DNA of 64,000 nt, taken from positions 47,802,001 through 47,866,000 of the forward strand of contig NC_088855.1 of assembly GCF_963853765.1 (NCBI RefSeq). The letters are read 5' to 3'. Source of the stretch: Magallana gigas (taxonomy: Eukaryota). The position numbers were made by a program, and so were the translations under genes. Shown here piece after piece: positions 49,613 through 61,859 of the stretch; the stretch's first letter is position 1, and every line of letters begins with the position of its first letter. Under the pieces are notes generated by a model. It searched no databases. It had not been told where the DNA came from and saw only the letters and a list, made by a program, of their open reading frames with translations.

Positions 49613-52596
49613 ATGCTGTCCAGGTCAGTTAGAGCAGAGACTCGCAGTAGGGCTAAAGAGGACATTAAAAGAGTTATAACTGCAATAGATAAAGTCAGAA
49701 AATGGTAAGTAAAGTAAGTCAAACATCTATGGCCTCACATGATCATGATTATTGAACTGTTGAAAAATACCAGTACATAGAATTATTGAAACTCTCCTAA
49801 ATATAAGGATTTAAAAATGTATCAAACATGCATGTGGTTAAACTGATTATTGGCGAAAAAATTGAAAAAAGAAGAAGATTTACTAGCTGAATGATTCAAA
49901 TATAATGCCTTATTCACCTTAAACGCTGTACATTTTTACAGGGTAGTAGAACCATTTTAATAAGACCTTGGACTTTCAGTAGGATGTAACGACATATGGG
50001 TTTTTTTTTCCGTCAAAACAAGTTAAAATGACGCTGGTTTCAAATGAAATATACACCGATTGCATAGTCTTTGCTCAAAAGCCAGATAAATCCTGTTGAT
50101 TTCAAAGAGCCATGGCTGAGTGGCCTACAATGAAATAGACAGGCCTACGTCACATTGCCATTTGACTCAACTACCCAAAGTCAAAGCTCTTGCTAAAATG
50201 GTTCTATATCTCAGGTGAGGGTGGGGCCTAATTTCTCGAGGTGTTAAAGCCTCCAGAGATTGCAGTCTACCTGCAGTTGTGAACACAGCTTATCTCTATT
50301 AATATACAGACATCAGCAAATTTTACACAGGAAATCTTATTGTTCTAAATGTCTATATGAAACAATTGTATATAGAAATGACTCCAATTTAACAGTTGAA
50401 TTGTTAAAAATCTGATTTCTATTTTCCCCTTTTACTTTGTCACAGAAGATATCAAAGATTATACACGTTGTTAATAGCTAGTAAGCAGAATTTGTCTTAC
50501 CAGGTTAGATCATGCTTGGACTATACATCAATTAAACTGGGTGCTATTGTTTCACATTTGATTGCCAAGCAGCATCATTTTTAAGTTTGTTCAGGTAAAA
50601 AAGAGGTTTGCCCTGTAAAATGTTTTGCCTATAAGGTGCTTCTATATATATAAAAAAAAAGGCCTTAGAGTGAGAGTATGAACGAAACAGATGTTTATCT
50701 TTTCTAAATTTCTTTTGACTTTGGCTTTTGTAACAAGATCTACATGCATAGCCCCTGCTCTTCTTATAATAGAACAAACAAGTCAATGTAAAATGGCATA
50801 AGATTGTTTTTTTTTTCTCACAATTTAACAGGGAGAAAAGATGGGTTACAATTGGCGACACTACTATGAGAATATACAAATGGGTTCCAGGTAAAATCAG
50901 AATAATCACAAATTATTGAAAAAAACAAAATACTTGATTATTCCAGCAGCATAAACCCTTTTATTTGAAATATTGTATATCAATGGATTATTTTTGCTCA
51001 CTGTTATTATGGACACAGATCTATCTGATCTCATTTGGAGTTGACCTTTATACAACATGTATATATGTAATGTAAATTTCCTTAAAGTAAGCTCCATTTT
51101 GAATATGTGCATTGACAGTGTGGAACAAAGGTTGAAATTAAAATGTATACAAAATTTTTATTAAGTTCTATATATATCATTTATGCTCTGTGCTTGTAAC
51201 ATTAAATAATTATATGCTTAAAGTTTGATATAATTAATATTTTAAATTTCATTTGCTTTAAAAATTTTATTTTACAGTTTCTGCATCAGAACCATTACCT
51301 GTAAGTTATTGACCAAAATATAACTAGTATTTCTTAATTTTTTCAAAAATTCAAATTCCACTTTTTTTGAAGAGATTGAACTAAGTGAATTTCCATTTCA
51401 TAGCCAAATGCTGTCCGCAAAAGTTTAAAAGTGAGATCACATATCAAAAAGAAAACTCGTTCAAATCCTGACAATGAAGCATCTCAGGGAACAGATGTCA
51501 GTAAAGTCAATGTGAATGAAAATAGTTCCTGTAAGTATCATGCTTCTCAATGTGTATTCTTTATTTTGAGTATTGCTTACAATTAAGTTAAAAAAGAAAG
51601 GAACAGTTTGTTGTTTAGCCCACTAGTACGTTTAAAAGTGATACTCTTTCATTGTCATATTTGTACCTGATTATTTTGTTGTGACACTTTGTAGCCCAGC
51701 ATGTCTACACAGATGAAAACACACAGCAGTCACAACCAGACTCGCTCTGCAGTGATCAAGTCAGCAACATGAACGAGGACTCGTACCAGTCCTATCCTGA
51801 AAACAGCAACACAGCCTTCTCCCAGTCACAGGACACGGACAGCAACCAGACAGACATGAGAATCGGTGAGCAATGATGGACCCACCACATCACCAAGGAA
51901 TAGTTTGATTAGGCCAACATAAAAAAAATGACAATAATTTTTAAAACACCTTTTTATATCTGTACATGTAATTTTTTACCGAAAAGAGAGACAATTGTTG
52001 CAAGATTTTTTTTTTTTTGCTTTATGTACCAAATAATTGGGAACTGTTTTAATTGTCAAAAGGAGGGTTTAAAATGCAGTTTTAAAGTTCTCATATCAAG
52101 TACAAAACACACTACAACATGTACAAAAAATAAATTTCGATCTTTTTCTTTAGGTTTAGTCAAGTGAAATTTTTGCAGTAAAACTTCACGAGATTTGTTA
52201 TGCAATTCATTACACAACAATAAATAGTAAAATTACTACAAGAAGCATGTCTTTAGGTTCATAAACTATATGATATACTTGTATTTGGTCACACTTTATC
52301 TGATGTAGAACCACTGTGGTGTTAATCCCCTCTCAATCAATTTTATTTTTAATAATTGTAATTTATTTTTTAGCCATGAGAATGATCAAAGATGATAGAA
52401 AAAAGATTTCAGAGGATACAAATGGTATGTCCATGACATTTTTTAAAGACAAAAAAAAAAATTATGGCAGCAACATAAAAAAACCAGACAGTTAATGTTT
52501 TGATGGATTTCTATTTTAGATTCAGAGCCACCCATGTTGGAGAGAGAACAAGAGGATCCACCCACCAAAAAATTAAAATCAGACACCAGTAACTGA
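49613..52596 (+). CDS. BCL7: B-cell CLL/lymphoma 7 family protein (BAF/SWI-SNF subunit), 199 aa
   Basis: Exons 49613-49704, 50832-50890, 51278-51300, 51404-51530, 51695-51865, 52374-52424, 52520-52596(TGA); 600 nt. N-terminus [50 protein letters not shown] is the BCL7 signature; ETS motif ACTTCCGG upstream (~49541). Confidence 0.95.
49941..50271. mobile_element. Degenerate non-autonomous DNA element in BCL7 intron 1
   Basis: GGGTAGTAGAACC start and degenerate ...GCAGTCTACC end; the interior (atgtaacgacatatggg..aagttaaaatgacgctgg) resembles, from memory, a common oyster interspersed repeat. Confidence 0.45.
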
Positions 52597-52864
52597 TTTT
52601 ATATGAGAACAGATTCATTGTGAAATATTCAGTTCTTGTGTCTAACATAGTATGTTGTCTGCATTTTAGGTCAAGATTAGGAAGTAAAAAGCATTTCAGT
52701 CATACTTATTTGCATATAAAGATGTGTTCATAATAAATTGTGTCAAGTAAACTCTCTATTTGTTATTTTCTACACATAAAATACACTCCTAATTCATCAT
52801 ACAGAAATATGTTGCATAATTTGTGTATTCCAATGCAACACTATCAAAAATGGAAGGGTTATAA

Positions 52865-53330
52865 AGAAGATGGGGGAATAAGATGGCTCAAATGCCCATT
52901 CGGTTTAGTAGTGAAATACAATTTTGAACTTATTTTTTCCAATGAAATCTATTTAAATATATTATTATACGTATGCAAAAGCACAATTTCTAACTATATT
53001 CAGTTTATAATATTTTTAACAAAAGATAAGAACAAAAATGTTGCCAGAAATTGTTGTGGTATCGAACCTATAACATAAAAACCCTAGATATATAAGGTTA
53101 GCTTATATCAGGTACTCTAAACACTGAGCCATCTTTTATAGAGTGGGTCTGTGCTCCATACACAACCCACTTTAATGTGTCTAAAATGGCTCGGTGGTTA
53201 GAGTACCACTGTGCTTTTGGAAACTTTTATCATAATATATTTGAATAGATTTAATTGGGGAAAAAAATTCAAAATTGTATTTCACTACAAAACCGAATGG
53301 GCATTTGCACCATCTTATTCCCCCATCTTT
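52865..53330. mobile_element. MITE with ~105-bp TIRs and internal head-to-head tRNA-like A boxes
   Basis: Left arm aagatgggggaataagatgg..caaatgcccattcggttt..gtagtgaaatacaattttgaa.. matches the reverse complement of ~53225-53330; right flank TTAA. Confidence 0.85.
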
Positions 53331-53622
53331 TTAAATTCTGTTACTTTAAATTTTCATTATGCATGTACATACGTGTATCTGCAACAATTTTAGGGAAAAT
53401 AGCGTGGGAACTGCATCACAATTTTCTTTTATTCAATCTAGAGTTGAATACATTAATCAGAGACATAAATAACATGTTATTTATGTCTCTGCATTAATCT
53501 TGAATTTTAAAACATACTGTGGCGATTTTAAGATGCAAATTATTTACATTTAGACATTCTCATTTATATAATACATTCCAAATGTATGATCTTCAATTTT
53601 CTGTTGGGCGAGAGAAAGATAC

Positions 53623-54237
53623 AGCGAACTACGTAACTCCAAAAAAGTTTTTACGTAATGTTTTGACTGACGTACCTTTGTCCAATCAAATCGTAGTAGG
53701 CGGAATGGAGACATTACCGCTCATGACTATATATAGATAATGGATAATGGGATGAAGTAATGTCAAACATCGGTAACGAATATTTAAGCATCTAATTCAT
53801 AACTGATCATTCGTTCGCATTTCAAAATATTTAATGCCAATATTATCGGACTCCATGTCAAGAAATTTAGTTGGTTAGTTACGTCATTCTTATACATGTA
53901 CATGTATGAAGACACTGTTGTCGACGGCCAAAGAAATTTTCACAATCGTTATTTAAAACGCTAAAAAGTTTCACCAATGAAGGATATACATGTAATATAT
54001 AAATCTTAATTAATTTGTTTGCCAGTTTATAACTAATGATGATTTCTTCTTCGGTATCGCCTATAATGTATGATCTCTCGATCTCTCTCTCTCTCTCTCT
54101 CTCTCTCATTCAAGTCACGAGCGGTAATGTCTTAACTCCGCCCAGCTATGATCTGATTGGACAAAGATGTCAGTTAAAACATTACGTAAAAACTTTTCTG
54201 GAGTTAACGCCTATTGAACGCTTCTACGTAGTTCGCT
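53623..54237. mobile_element. Element with ~110-125-bp inverted arms flanking a spacer with a (CT)n tract (54082-54107)
   Basis: agcgaactacgt..aagtttttacgtaatgtttt.actgac..ctttgtccaatca.atc.tag..ggcgga..agacattaccgctc.tgact (53623-53728) is inverted at 54113-54237. Confidence 0.8.
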
Positions 54238-54583
54238 TTTAGAGAAAACAAATGACTTTGACATGTAACGTTAACAAATGCAAATACACGATGAGAGTGT
54301 GTACGTGAATTTCTTTTTTGTAATCTAGATGGTCACGTTACATGTAGTTTCCTAAACCGTGTAGATATCGCATGGCCTTGCATAAAGAAGAAAACTGTAT
54401 TCTTTCTTTTTATGAGGATATTTAAGCTCGGCATAAATAAGGTTAAAAGGTATGTATTGCGCCAAACAAAAACAAAAACGTGCGCTAGTTTTGAACTGAT
54501 TAACCTTATTTATACACAAATTCTGTGCAAACAATTAGTACCATTATATTCTTCATGCAATTTACTACTGATACAAATATATG

Positions 54584-57004
54584 TATGGTACGCCAAATTC
54601 ACAAAATTGAGCTAATCATAGTTTCACAGTCGATAAACTAGGTTTAACGGTTGGAAACTATAGTTTACGGGCCAAAAACTATAGTTAACGACGATAATCT
54701 ATATTTAACAATCTGACAACCATAGCCAATGCGATCATCCATGTTTCAGAAGTGTGAAACTATAACTAACACTGAAAACGACCATTTGCGATTGCAAAAC
54801 ATAGTATATCTGATAAATGTAGTTTTTTCAAGAGTGCGAGACTATGATTATCAACTCTTAACCATGATAGTTAACAAATGTAAATTATAGTTTACAGATG
54901 TGAATCTATATTAATCGGCAAAATCCATCGTTAACGTTTTTTGCAGTCAGATAAACTTAGATTATCATTCGTTAACTATAGTTTACAACCGTTAAATATG
55001 GTTTTGCAGATAAAAACTGTAGTAAACGGATCATTTATAATAGTCAATATCGTAGTTTCACAATCCTGAAACTATATTTATCGAATAAATCATGTTTTGC
55101 AATCGCAAATGGTTGTTTTCAATGTTAATTATAGTTTTACACATCTGAACAATAGATGATCGCGTTAACTATGGTTTACAGATGTGAAATATAGATTAAA
55201 GGCGTTAAATAAAGTTTCACAGATGATAAACTAGGTTTCACAGATGATAAACTAGGTTTATCAACTGTTAACTATAGTTTTTGGACGCTAAACTATAGTA
55301 AACAAAAGTTTATTAGTTAACTATAATTAACAATCCGTTTACCATAGTTTTCATCTGTAAAACTGTAATAAAAATTCCTTTGATTATGTAAATAAGGCAA
55401 TCAGGGTCAATCAAATGTATTCAATCATAAGCTATTTATTGGGTGTGGTAAACTGTCTCTTGAAAAAATGTTTTAATGGATCTGCGATGAGTCAGCAGAA
55501 TTGACGAAGGGTATAATTATTTGGCACGCCAAATTCACAGAAATGAGCTAAACATAGTTTCACAGTCGATAAACTAGGTTTATCGACTGTTAACTATAGT
55601 TTACGGATCGTAAACTATAGTTACCGACGTTAATCTATATTTCACATCTGTAAACTATAGTTAAAGCGATAATCTATTTTTCACATCTGTATACTATAGT
55701 TAACACTGAAAACAATCATTTGCGGTTGTTAAACATAGTTTATCTGATAAATAGGGTTTTATGATCAGTAAACTACGGTTTACAAATCTAAAGCACGCCA
55801 AATTCACATGAATTAGCAAAACATAGTTTCACAGTCGATAAACTAGGTTTATCGGCTGTTAACTATAGTTTACGGATCCTAAACTATAGTTACCGATTTT
55901 AATCTATATTTCACATCTGTAAACTGTAGTTTACGAATTCAAATCTATGTTTTTCTGTCTGGAAATACACGTTAACAATAGATTTTGCTGATAAATATAG
56001 ATTCACATCTGTTAACTATAGTTTACATTCGTAAACTATAGTTGGCGTGCCATATAAATAGGAAGCGCGTCTGCGCATAGTTGTTAGTCTGCTAGTAGAC
56101 GCAGAGGAGGACAGATCGCAAGGAAAGTAATACAACAGGTAGGGTTAATGTTTCATTTGCGGGACCCCAAAATACTGCGGGTGGACCATTGGAGACTTTA
56201 AATCACTTTATATAGTCCGGGAGCATATGCTCACAAATGAAAGAGTTCGGACTAGGTTTAGAACAGGGTCTGAAATGATGGTTTTAGACTAAGGACCGAG
56301 ACTTGTTCAAGGATATACAGCTTGAGGAAAATTTTATTTCAAATCATCGTGTTTGATTCAATCTGATTATTAGTGTTTAAGAGTTAATTTCATTCCAATC
56401 ATTAAGAAACGTAGGAAACGTGTAGAGAAAATTAATATCTGTGGATTGAACCGACATTACACGTTACACGTTACAAAACTATATTTAACGGTTGTAAACT
56501 ATAGTAAACGAATGATAATATAAGTTTATCTTTCTGTGAGAAAAATAGATTCACATCTGTGAACTATAATTTACATTTGTTAACTATAATTTAGAGTTGT
56601 TAACGGTTGTAAACTATAGTTATCGAATGATAATATAAGTTTATCTTTCTGCAAATAACGTTAACAATAGAGTTTTTTGATAAAAGTAGATTCACATCTG
56701 TAAACTATAATTTACATTTGTTAACTATAATTTAGAGTTGTTAATCATAGTTTCATAATCGTGATATCATATTTATCGGATAAAGCGTGTTTTGTAATCG
56801 CAAGTGGTTGTTTGCTGTGTTAATTATAGTTTTACACTTCTGAAACATAGATGATCGCGTTAACTATGGTTTACGGATGTAAAATATAGATTATCGTTGT
56901 TAACTATAGTTTGAAGTCCGTAAACTATAGTTTCTAACCGTTAAACCTAGTTTATCGACTGTGAAACTATCTTTAGCTCATTTTTGTCAATTTGGCGTGC
57001 CATA
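54584..57004. mobile_element. Foldback-like composite of a TA-flanked element built from AACTATAGTTTAC-type subrepeats
   Basis: ta|TGGTACGCCAAATTCACAAAATTGAGCTAA at 54584. Nested restarts of the same end at ~55521 and ~55793. First unit closes GGCGTGCCA|ta at 56054. An inverted copy (~56475-57004) ends TTAGCTCATTTTTGTCAATTTGGCGTGCCA|ta and pairs with ~54584-55020. Confidence 0.85.
56053..56138 (+). promoter_or_regulatory. Putative TATA-Inr core promoter and non-coding first exon of the nucleoside hydrolase gene
   Basis: TATAAATA at 56053-56060, Inr-like TTAGT at ~56085, donor CAG|GTAGGG at 56138/56139. The hydrolase ATG exon has an acceptor (ttttgcag, 58336) 23 nt upstream of the ATG, which implies an upstream exon. 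Confidence 0.5.
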
Positions 57005-58359
57005 GATATCGTCTCTTTACTTGGCGCGGACAATCTGCGGAACACGCTACCGACCTCGGAAATCAAGTACTAGTATATGTTAAATTTACATCGAGATCGA
57101 GAGTCGCCATTTTTACATGATAACAAACTGCACCACTAGGACTGGTGCCAGTGGTGGTGTTTAAACGACTCTCAAAGGCAAGTAAAAAGACGACATCAGA
57201 AGTAAATAAGAATTTAATGGTACTAATTGTTTTCATAGAATTGCTTATAAATAAGGTTAATCAGTCCATAACTAGCGCACGATTTGTGCGCAATAAATAC
57301 ACATTTTTTTTTACTGCATGTAGCACCTATAGGCCGTCCATCCGATTTTTTTTTCAGGCCGTGAGCAACAGACCTTCCAGCTAATATGAAAAAAAAAAAC
57401 GCCTGCCACCGCCATATTTTTTAGAGGTCCGTGTTGCTCTGCTCTTAATTTGTATTTCAATTTATGGATTTTTGAGACACTTCAAGTTGTTATTTTCATA
57501 TTTGTTTTTTCTTGCAACTTATAGAATTGACCCTGACTTTTGATAAATATAGAAATTCAACTGACGAATAAGCGTCCATCCCAAAAGAATGCATGAAAAT
57601 ATAGTGTTTACGAAACCACAGGCGCCTGGGTTCTTGTAATGAAAAAAAAATGTATTTTTTTTCCATTTCAAATCCCGTCAGATGCCTGTTGGTACAATTT
57701 TATTTTATTTTTTAAATATTCTTTTTGGGTTTTATCTTAAAAGAGGTATTCATTTCTGTATTGTAATTATCTAGTAATACTGGGATTTTTAAAACCTGAA
57801 CTTCGCATTTCTCCAATAATTTTTCTAAAATTTATTCGATATTGGCGAATTATTCGCTACCGGTAAAACGATTGTACATCTATTTTACCCCCTTCTTTCT
57901 TACTTTTCCCTACATGACTGTCAGTATGCATTTGGCAATTTGTATCCATGTTTATTCTGTATATTTGTTGTTTTTGTATTGAAGTATTTGGTTCGAGCAA
58001 ATAAATGAGTTGCAGTTTGAAGGGTTTTTTTTCTTTTACAACGGGGCGAAATGGTCATAAAATCATTTTACCATTTAATGGCTGTGAACATTAGAAAAGA
58101 TGCATCAATATTTAGTTTGAATTGTTTGAATTCCTGAAAATATAGGTTGTGATGTCCAAATATAAAGTGTGTACTGTATATAACGTGACTTGTCTTGCGT
58201 ACAACGTCTTTAATCGTAAAAACAGAGATTCTTGGCTTCAGCTATACTGTCCCTAATGCATGGAAGGAAAACACTGAATATAGAACAATGGATCATACCA
58301 TGTCCGCAATGTTTTCAGCCATATTTTATTTTGCAGGCAGGAATACAGAATTTTGAATA

Positions 58360-61337
58360 ATGACAAAACAGAAAATAATAATTGACTGCGATACTGGGGT
58401 GGACGACGCTCAAGCCATCATGATGGCGCTTTCCAGACCAGACACTGACGTCATCGGTATCACGTGTGTAAACGGAAACGTGGATATTGAAAACGTCTGC
58501 AGAAACACCCTGCGTGTTCTCAAGATATGCGACGCCCTACATGTATGTTAATGGTCCGAAATATCTGACGTTTTCCTGACTTTTTTTTTAACGATTTTGA
58601 TATATTACTTGCCAGGAAATTTAACTTGCAAATATTTAAAATCGAGCCGGGAATGCCGCCTCCTGTTGAAAGCGGCGATTTTCCAGTTTTTTCGTAATGG
58701 CGCCGGTTCTGACGTTTTCCTGGTAAGTAAAATATCAAAATAGTTAACAAAAGTCAGGAAAACGTCAGATATTTCGGACTAAAGTGTGAATACAAAACTA
58801 TAAATTGTTGATATTAATGAGTTACAAAGAGAGACCTTGTACAAGGTTTTTTAGCTTTATTTGAGAGAATCAGATTTTTTTAAAGTGCGTTTTACACTGA
58901 GACTTAAGATTTTCGACCAAATTTATTCATAAGCTATCAAATTTTTCACTGACATGCTGGTAAAAAATACTTCTAGCAACGAAACAAGATTGCCTTTTGC
59001 CTGAGGATTATTCTACCAGACTGTTAAGATTTACGACTTAGAAAGAAGCAACCCTGGTTTTCAAGCACATTTTAAATAACAGATTCCTACCCAGTGAAAG
59101 TGTTCCATCTTCTCCTTTAGATTCCTGTGTTTCGAGGATGTGGAAGACCCATCATACACCATGAAGAAAATGCTTCTTTTTACCACGGCGTGGACGGCAT
59201 GGGAGACCACCCACACCCACCGGAAGTTGATTTATCTTGCATTCAAGAGGAACATGCCGTGAATGCATTGATCAGACTCACTAAAAAGTTTAACGGTAAA
59301 AATTAATGGTTTCTTTTGTAGATTTACAATATAAATACAAAAGTATGTACAGTAGCATCATTTCTTTGGCGACCAATGTTCAGAGATACTGAATATATAC
59401 TACTCAGTACCAATATAATAAACATAGCATGGACTATTTGTAAAGAAAACTGTTACTACAACAGAAATTGTCTTTTCGAATATGTTCTAATAATATGTCT
59501 TAGACTATAATTTTTTTTTTAAGACCACATATATATGATAAAATTTTAAAAATGAGTTCCAATCTTTGTACGTATATAGCCTGGGTTCGTACAAACATGT
59601 AGCATAAAACGTTCTCGAGTCACAGAACGTGCTTCACGGAATGAAAGTGTTTAGTTTACCTATGATAATTTATTTTGTTATGCAGCAATGGTTTCCTACA
59701 TTGAGAACAGTTTGGAAAAGTAATGTTTTGATAAATTTTGTTTCCTATGATAACGTTTCCTGTTTTGACATCAGGAGAGGTGAAGTTAGTGGCCATGGCT
59801 CCTTTGACAAATCTTGCCGTAGCTCTGCGCATGGACCCTGGGTTTGGGGCTCGCCTAAAGAGCTTGGTGGTCATGGGAGGAAACATGCACGGTATGTTTC
59901 TTGTTGAGGCATGCGCGTTTTGAGAAATAACTAAATACCGTTCGTAGACTTGGACGTTTCGGAACATGGCGTGTTAGTATTTTACCTGTAGTTAAGACCA
60001 AAAATACAGTTTAATTAACAAAACCTGTAGGTTTTGGGAAAATTTTGAAATAAGTTACAAATGTAAGTATAAAATTCAATTCAGGGCGATTAATTCAAAG
60101 ATCGACCATCTCATATGTCGAGTCTATTATCCTAGAATTCACACAACAAATAATTGACTTTTGTACATCGAAACTTTCGTGGGAGTTATTTTGCGGAAAT
60201 AAAAAAACCACACACTACATCATTTTTTATCGTTCATTAGGTCAAAGTGGTGCAAAGTTTTATTTATTGTAAAATTAAGAAATAGTTCCATAATATGGAC
60301 ATTTCCACATTTACATAAAAAGGAGCTTCCTTTCAGAATTTATTCTAGTCAAATTATTAAAAATTAATGTCTTCATTGAACTGAAAGTGTACAAGTGTTT
60401 CTATCGCAATATGCTAAACATCTTAATCAAAATTCCAAAACGCCTTTATGCTGAAACGATTTGGCAGATGCCATATGAGTAAAGATGCCATTATGGTAGG
60501 TACTAAATCGTATTCATTCCAAAATCATTGGAGTTTACCTATCCACTATTTTTAAGTAAGTCTGTTCTTCAATGTCATTGACGTATTTCAGGTAAGGGAA
60601 ACAGATCTGCATCCATTGCTTCGGAGTTTAACTTTGGCACCGACCCGGAATCAGCATACATTGTTTTGCATGAAGTGACATGTCCAATTGTCATAGTTTC
60701 CTGGGAGCTGTGCGTAGATTATCTGTATCCTTGGGTAAATAAAAACATTATATGAACAATAGGAATTACAGTGTATACAAATGAGTTTATTTTGTTCAGT
60801 TAGACCTTCTTATTTCAATATGATCCCATCTACACGCGAATAAAATTTTATTTTTTTATATAACAATCGTAATTTAATCGATCGTTATTCATACCCCCCC
60901 CCCCCCCCCAAAAAAAAAAAACAACCGCTACGATGAAATTACATGTGTAAATACTAGAGAAGTTTTCTTCGGAAGTACGTTATTTCAATGGAAATGTTTT
61001 ATTTCAGGAAATGGTCCATAAGTGTATTAATACAAATACACCAAAGGCAAATTTTCTTCAGTTTATAACTAAAGCATCAATAGAGGTACAGAAATCATCG
61101 GAACAGCCAGGATACCGCTCATGTGACGCCTTTGCAATGGCAGTAGCCATTGATAGTTCTATAGTGTTGGATAAAGTGGACATATATGCGTCCGTTGAAC
61201 TAAATGGGACGTTGACTCGTGGAATGCTCGTCCCTGACTGGAGGAACAAGCTGCAAAAATCACCAAATGTTACCATAGTAACGAAAACTGACACCCAGAA
61301 ATCATTGGGCCTTTGGATGAATATGGTTCATGTATAA
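58360..61337 (+). CDS. Inosine-uridine-preferring nucleoside hydrolase family protein, 315 aa
   Basis: Exons 58360-58542, 59121-59295, 59775-59891, 60592-60734, 61008-61337(TAA); 948 nt. Ca-binding motif IIDCDTGVDDA, GNV, HGVDGMGD, MAPLTNLA, MGGN, EFNFGTDPESA, CDAFAMAVAID, VELNGTLTRGMLVPDW. Confidence 0.95.
58554..58779. mobile_element. Long-TIR MITE 11 bp downstream of the donor of the hydrolase's first coding exon
   Basis: GTCCGAAATATCTGACGTTTTCCTGACTTTT ... AAAAGTCAGGAAAACGTCAGATATTTCGGAC; arms ~65 bp. Confidence 0.85.
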
Positions 61338-61842
61338 GAAAAGCAGATCGATGTACTGTATCATAACGCATTGTATATTTCAAGAAGTTGATGTAAACAA
61401 ATTACAATTTAAATACAAGAAATAGGGTGTCTTGAATATTGAGAAAGAAATAGAAGATCGATATTAATTCTAATGTTAATGTTAATTATTCAGTCTAACT
61501 TTGGTATTTATTATTCAGATAATTTATTATTCAGATACGTATTTTATTATGGTTTGCTCTCGGGATTCTTATAATTTTTATATTAGACATCATCGAGGAT
61601 CAATTTCCCACACTTGATTTAGATGTACTGATTGTTTTGAAATAGCAGGTATTTCCTTTATACCCCAATTCGAAATTTAAAAAAAAACCATTTAATTTGC
61701 TCGTTGCATTAAGATTAATTCAAATGCTTCCGCGAACTATCAGTCCTTGTTAAACCCGAAATGGCGTTTTCTTCCTGTTTCGTGCAGTGTTGTAATTGAA
61801 GTCTTAATTTAGTCGCTTTATATTTGCGGTTTAGATAGCAAA

Positions 61843-61859
61843 ATGGCGTCGAATGTGAG
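61843..61859 (+). other. ATG-containing mini first exon (MASNV..) with a perfect donor, in a CpG-rich promoter
   Basis: aaaATGGCGTCGAATGTGAG|gtaagt; AAAATGGCG also matches the YY1 motif. If spliced to 62923 it gives a 6-codon uORF. Confidence 0.55.

Noticed and set aside
54584-57004. AACTATAGTTTAC-rich repeats as a CRISPR array or simple satellite
   Set aside because: The units are irregular, there are no unique constant-length spacers, the context is eukaryotic, and transposon-type termini bound the array.
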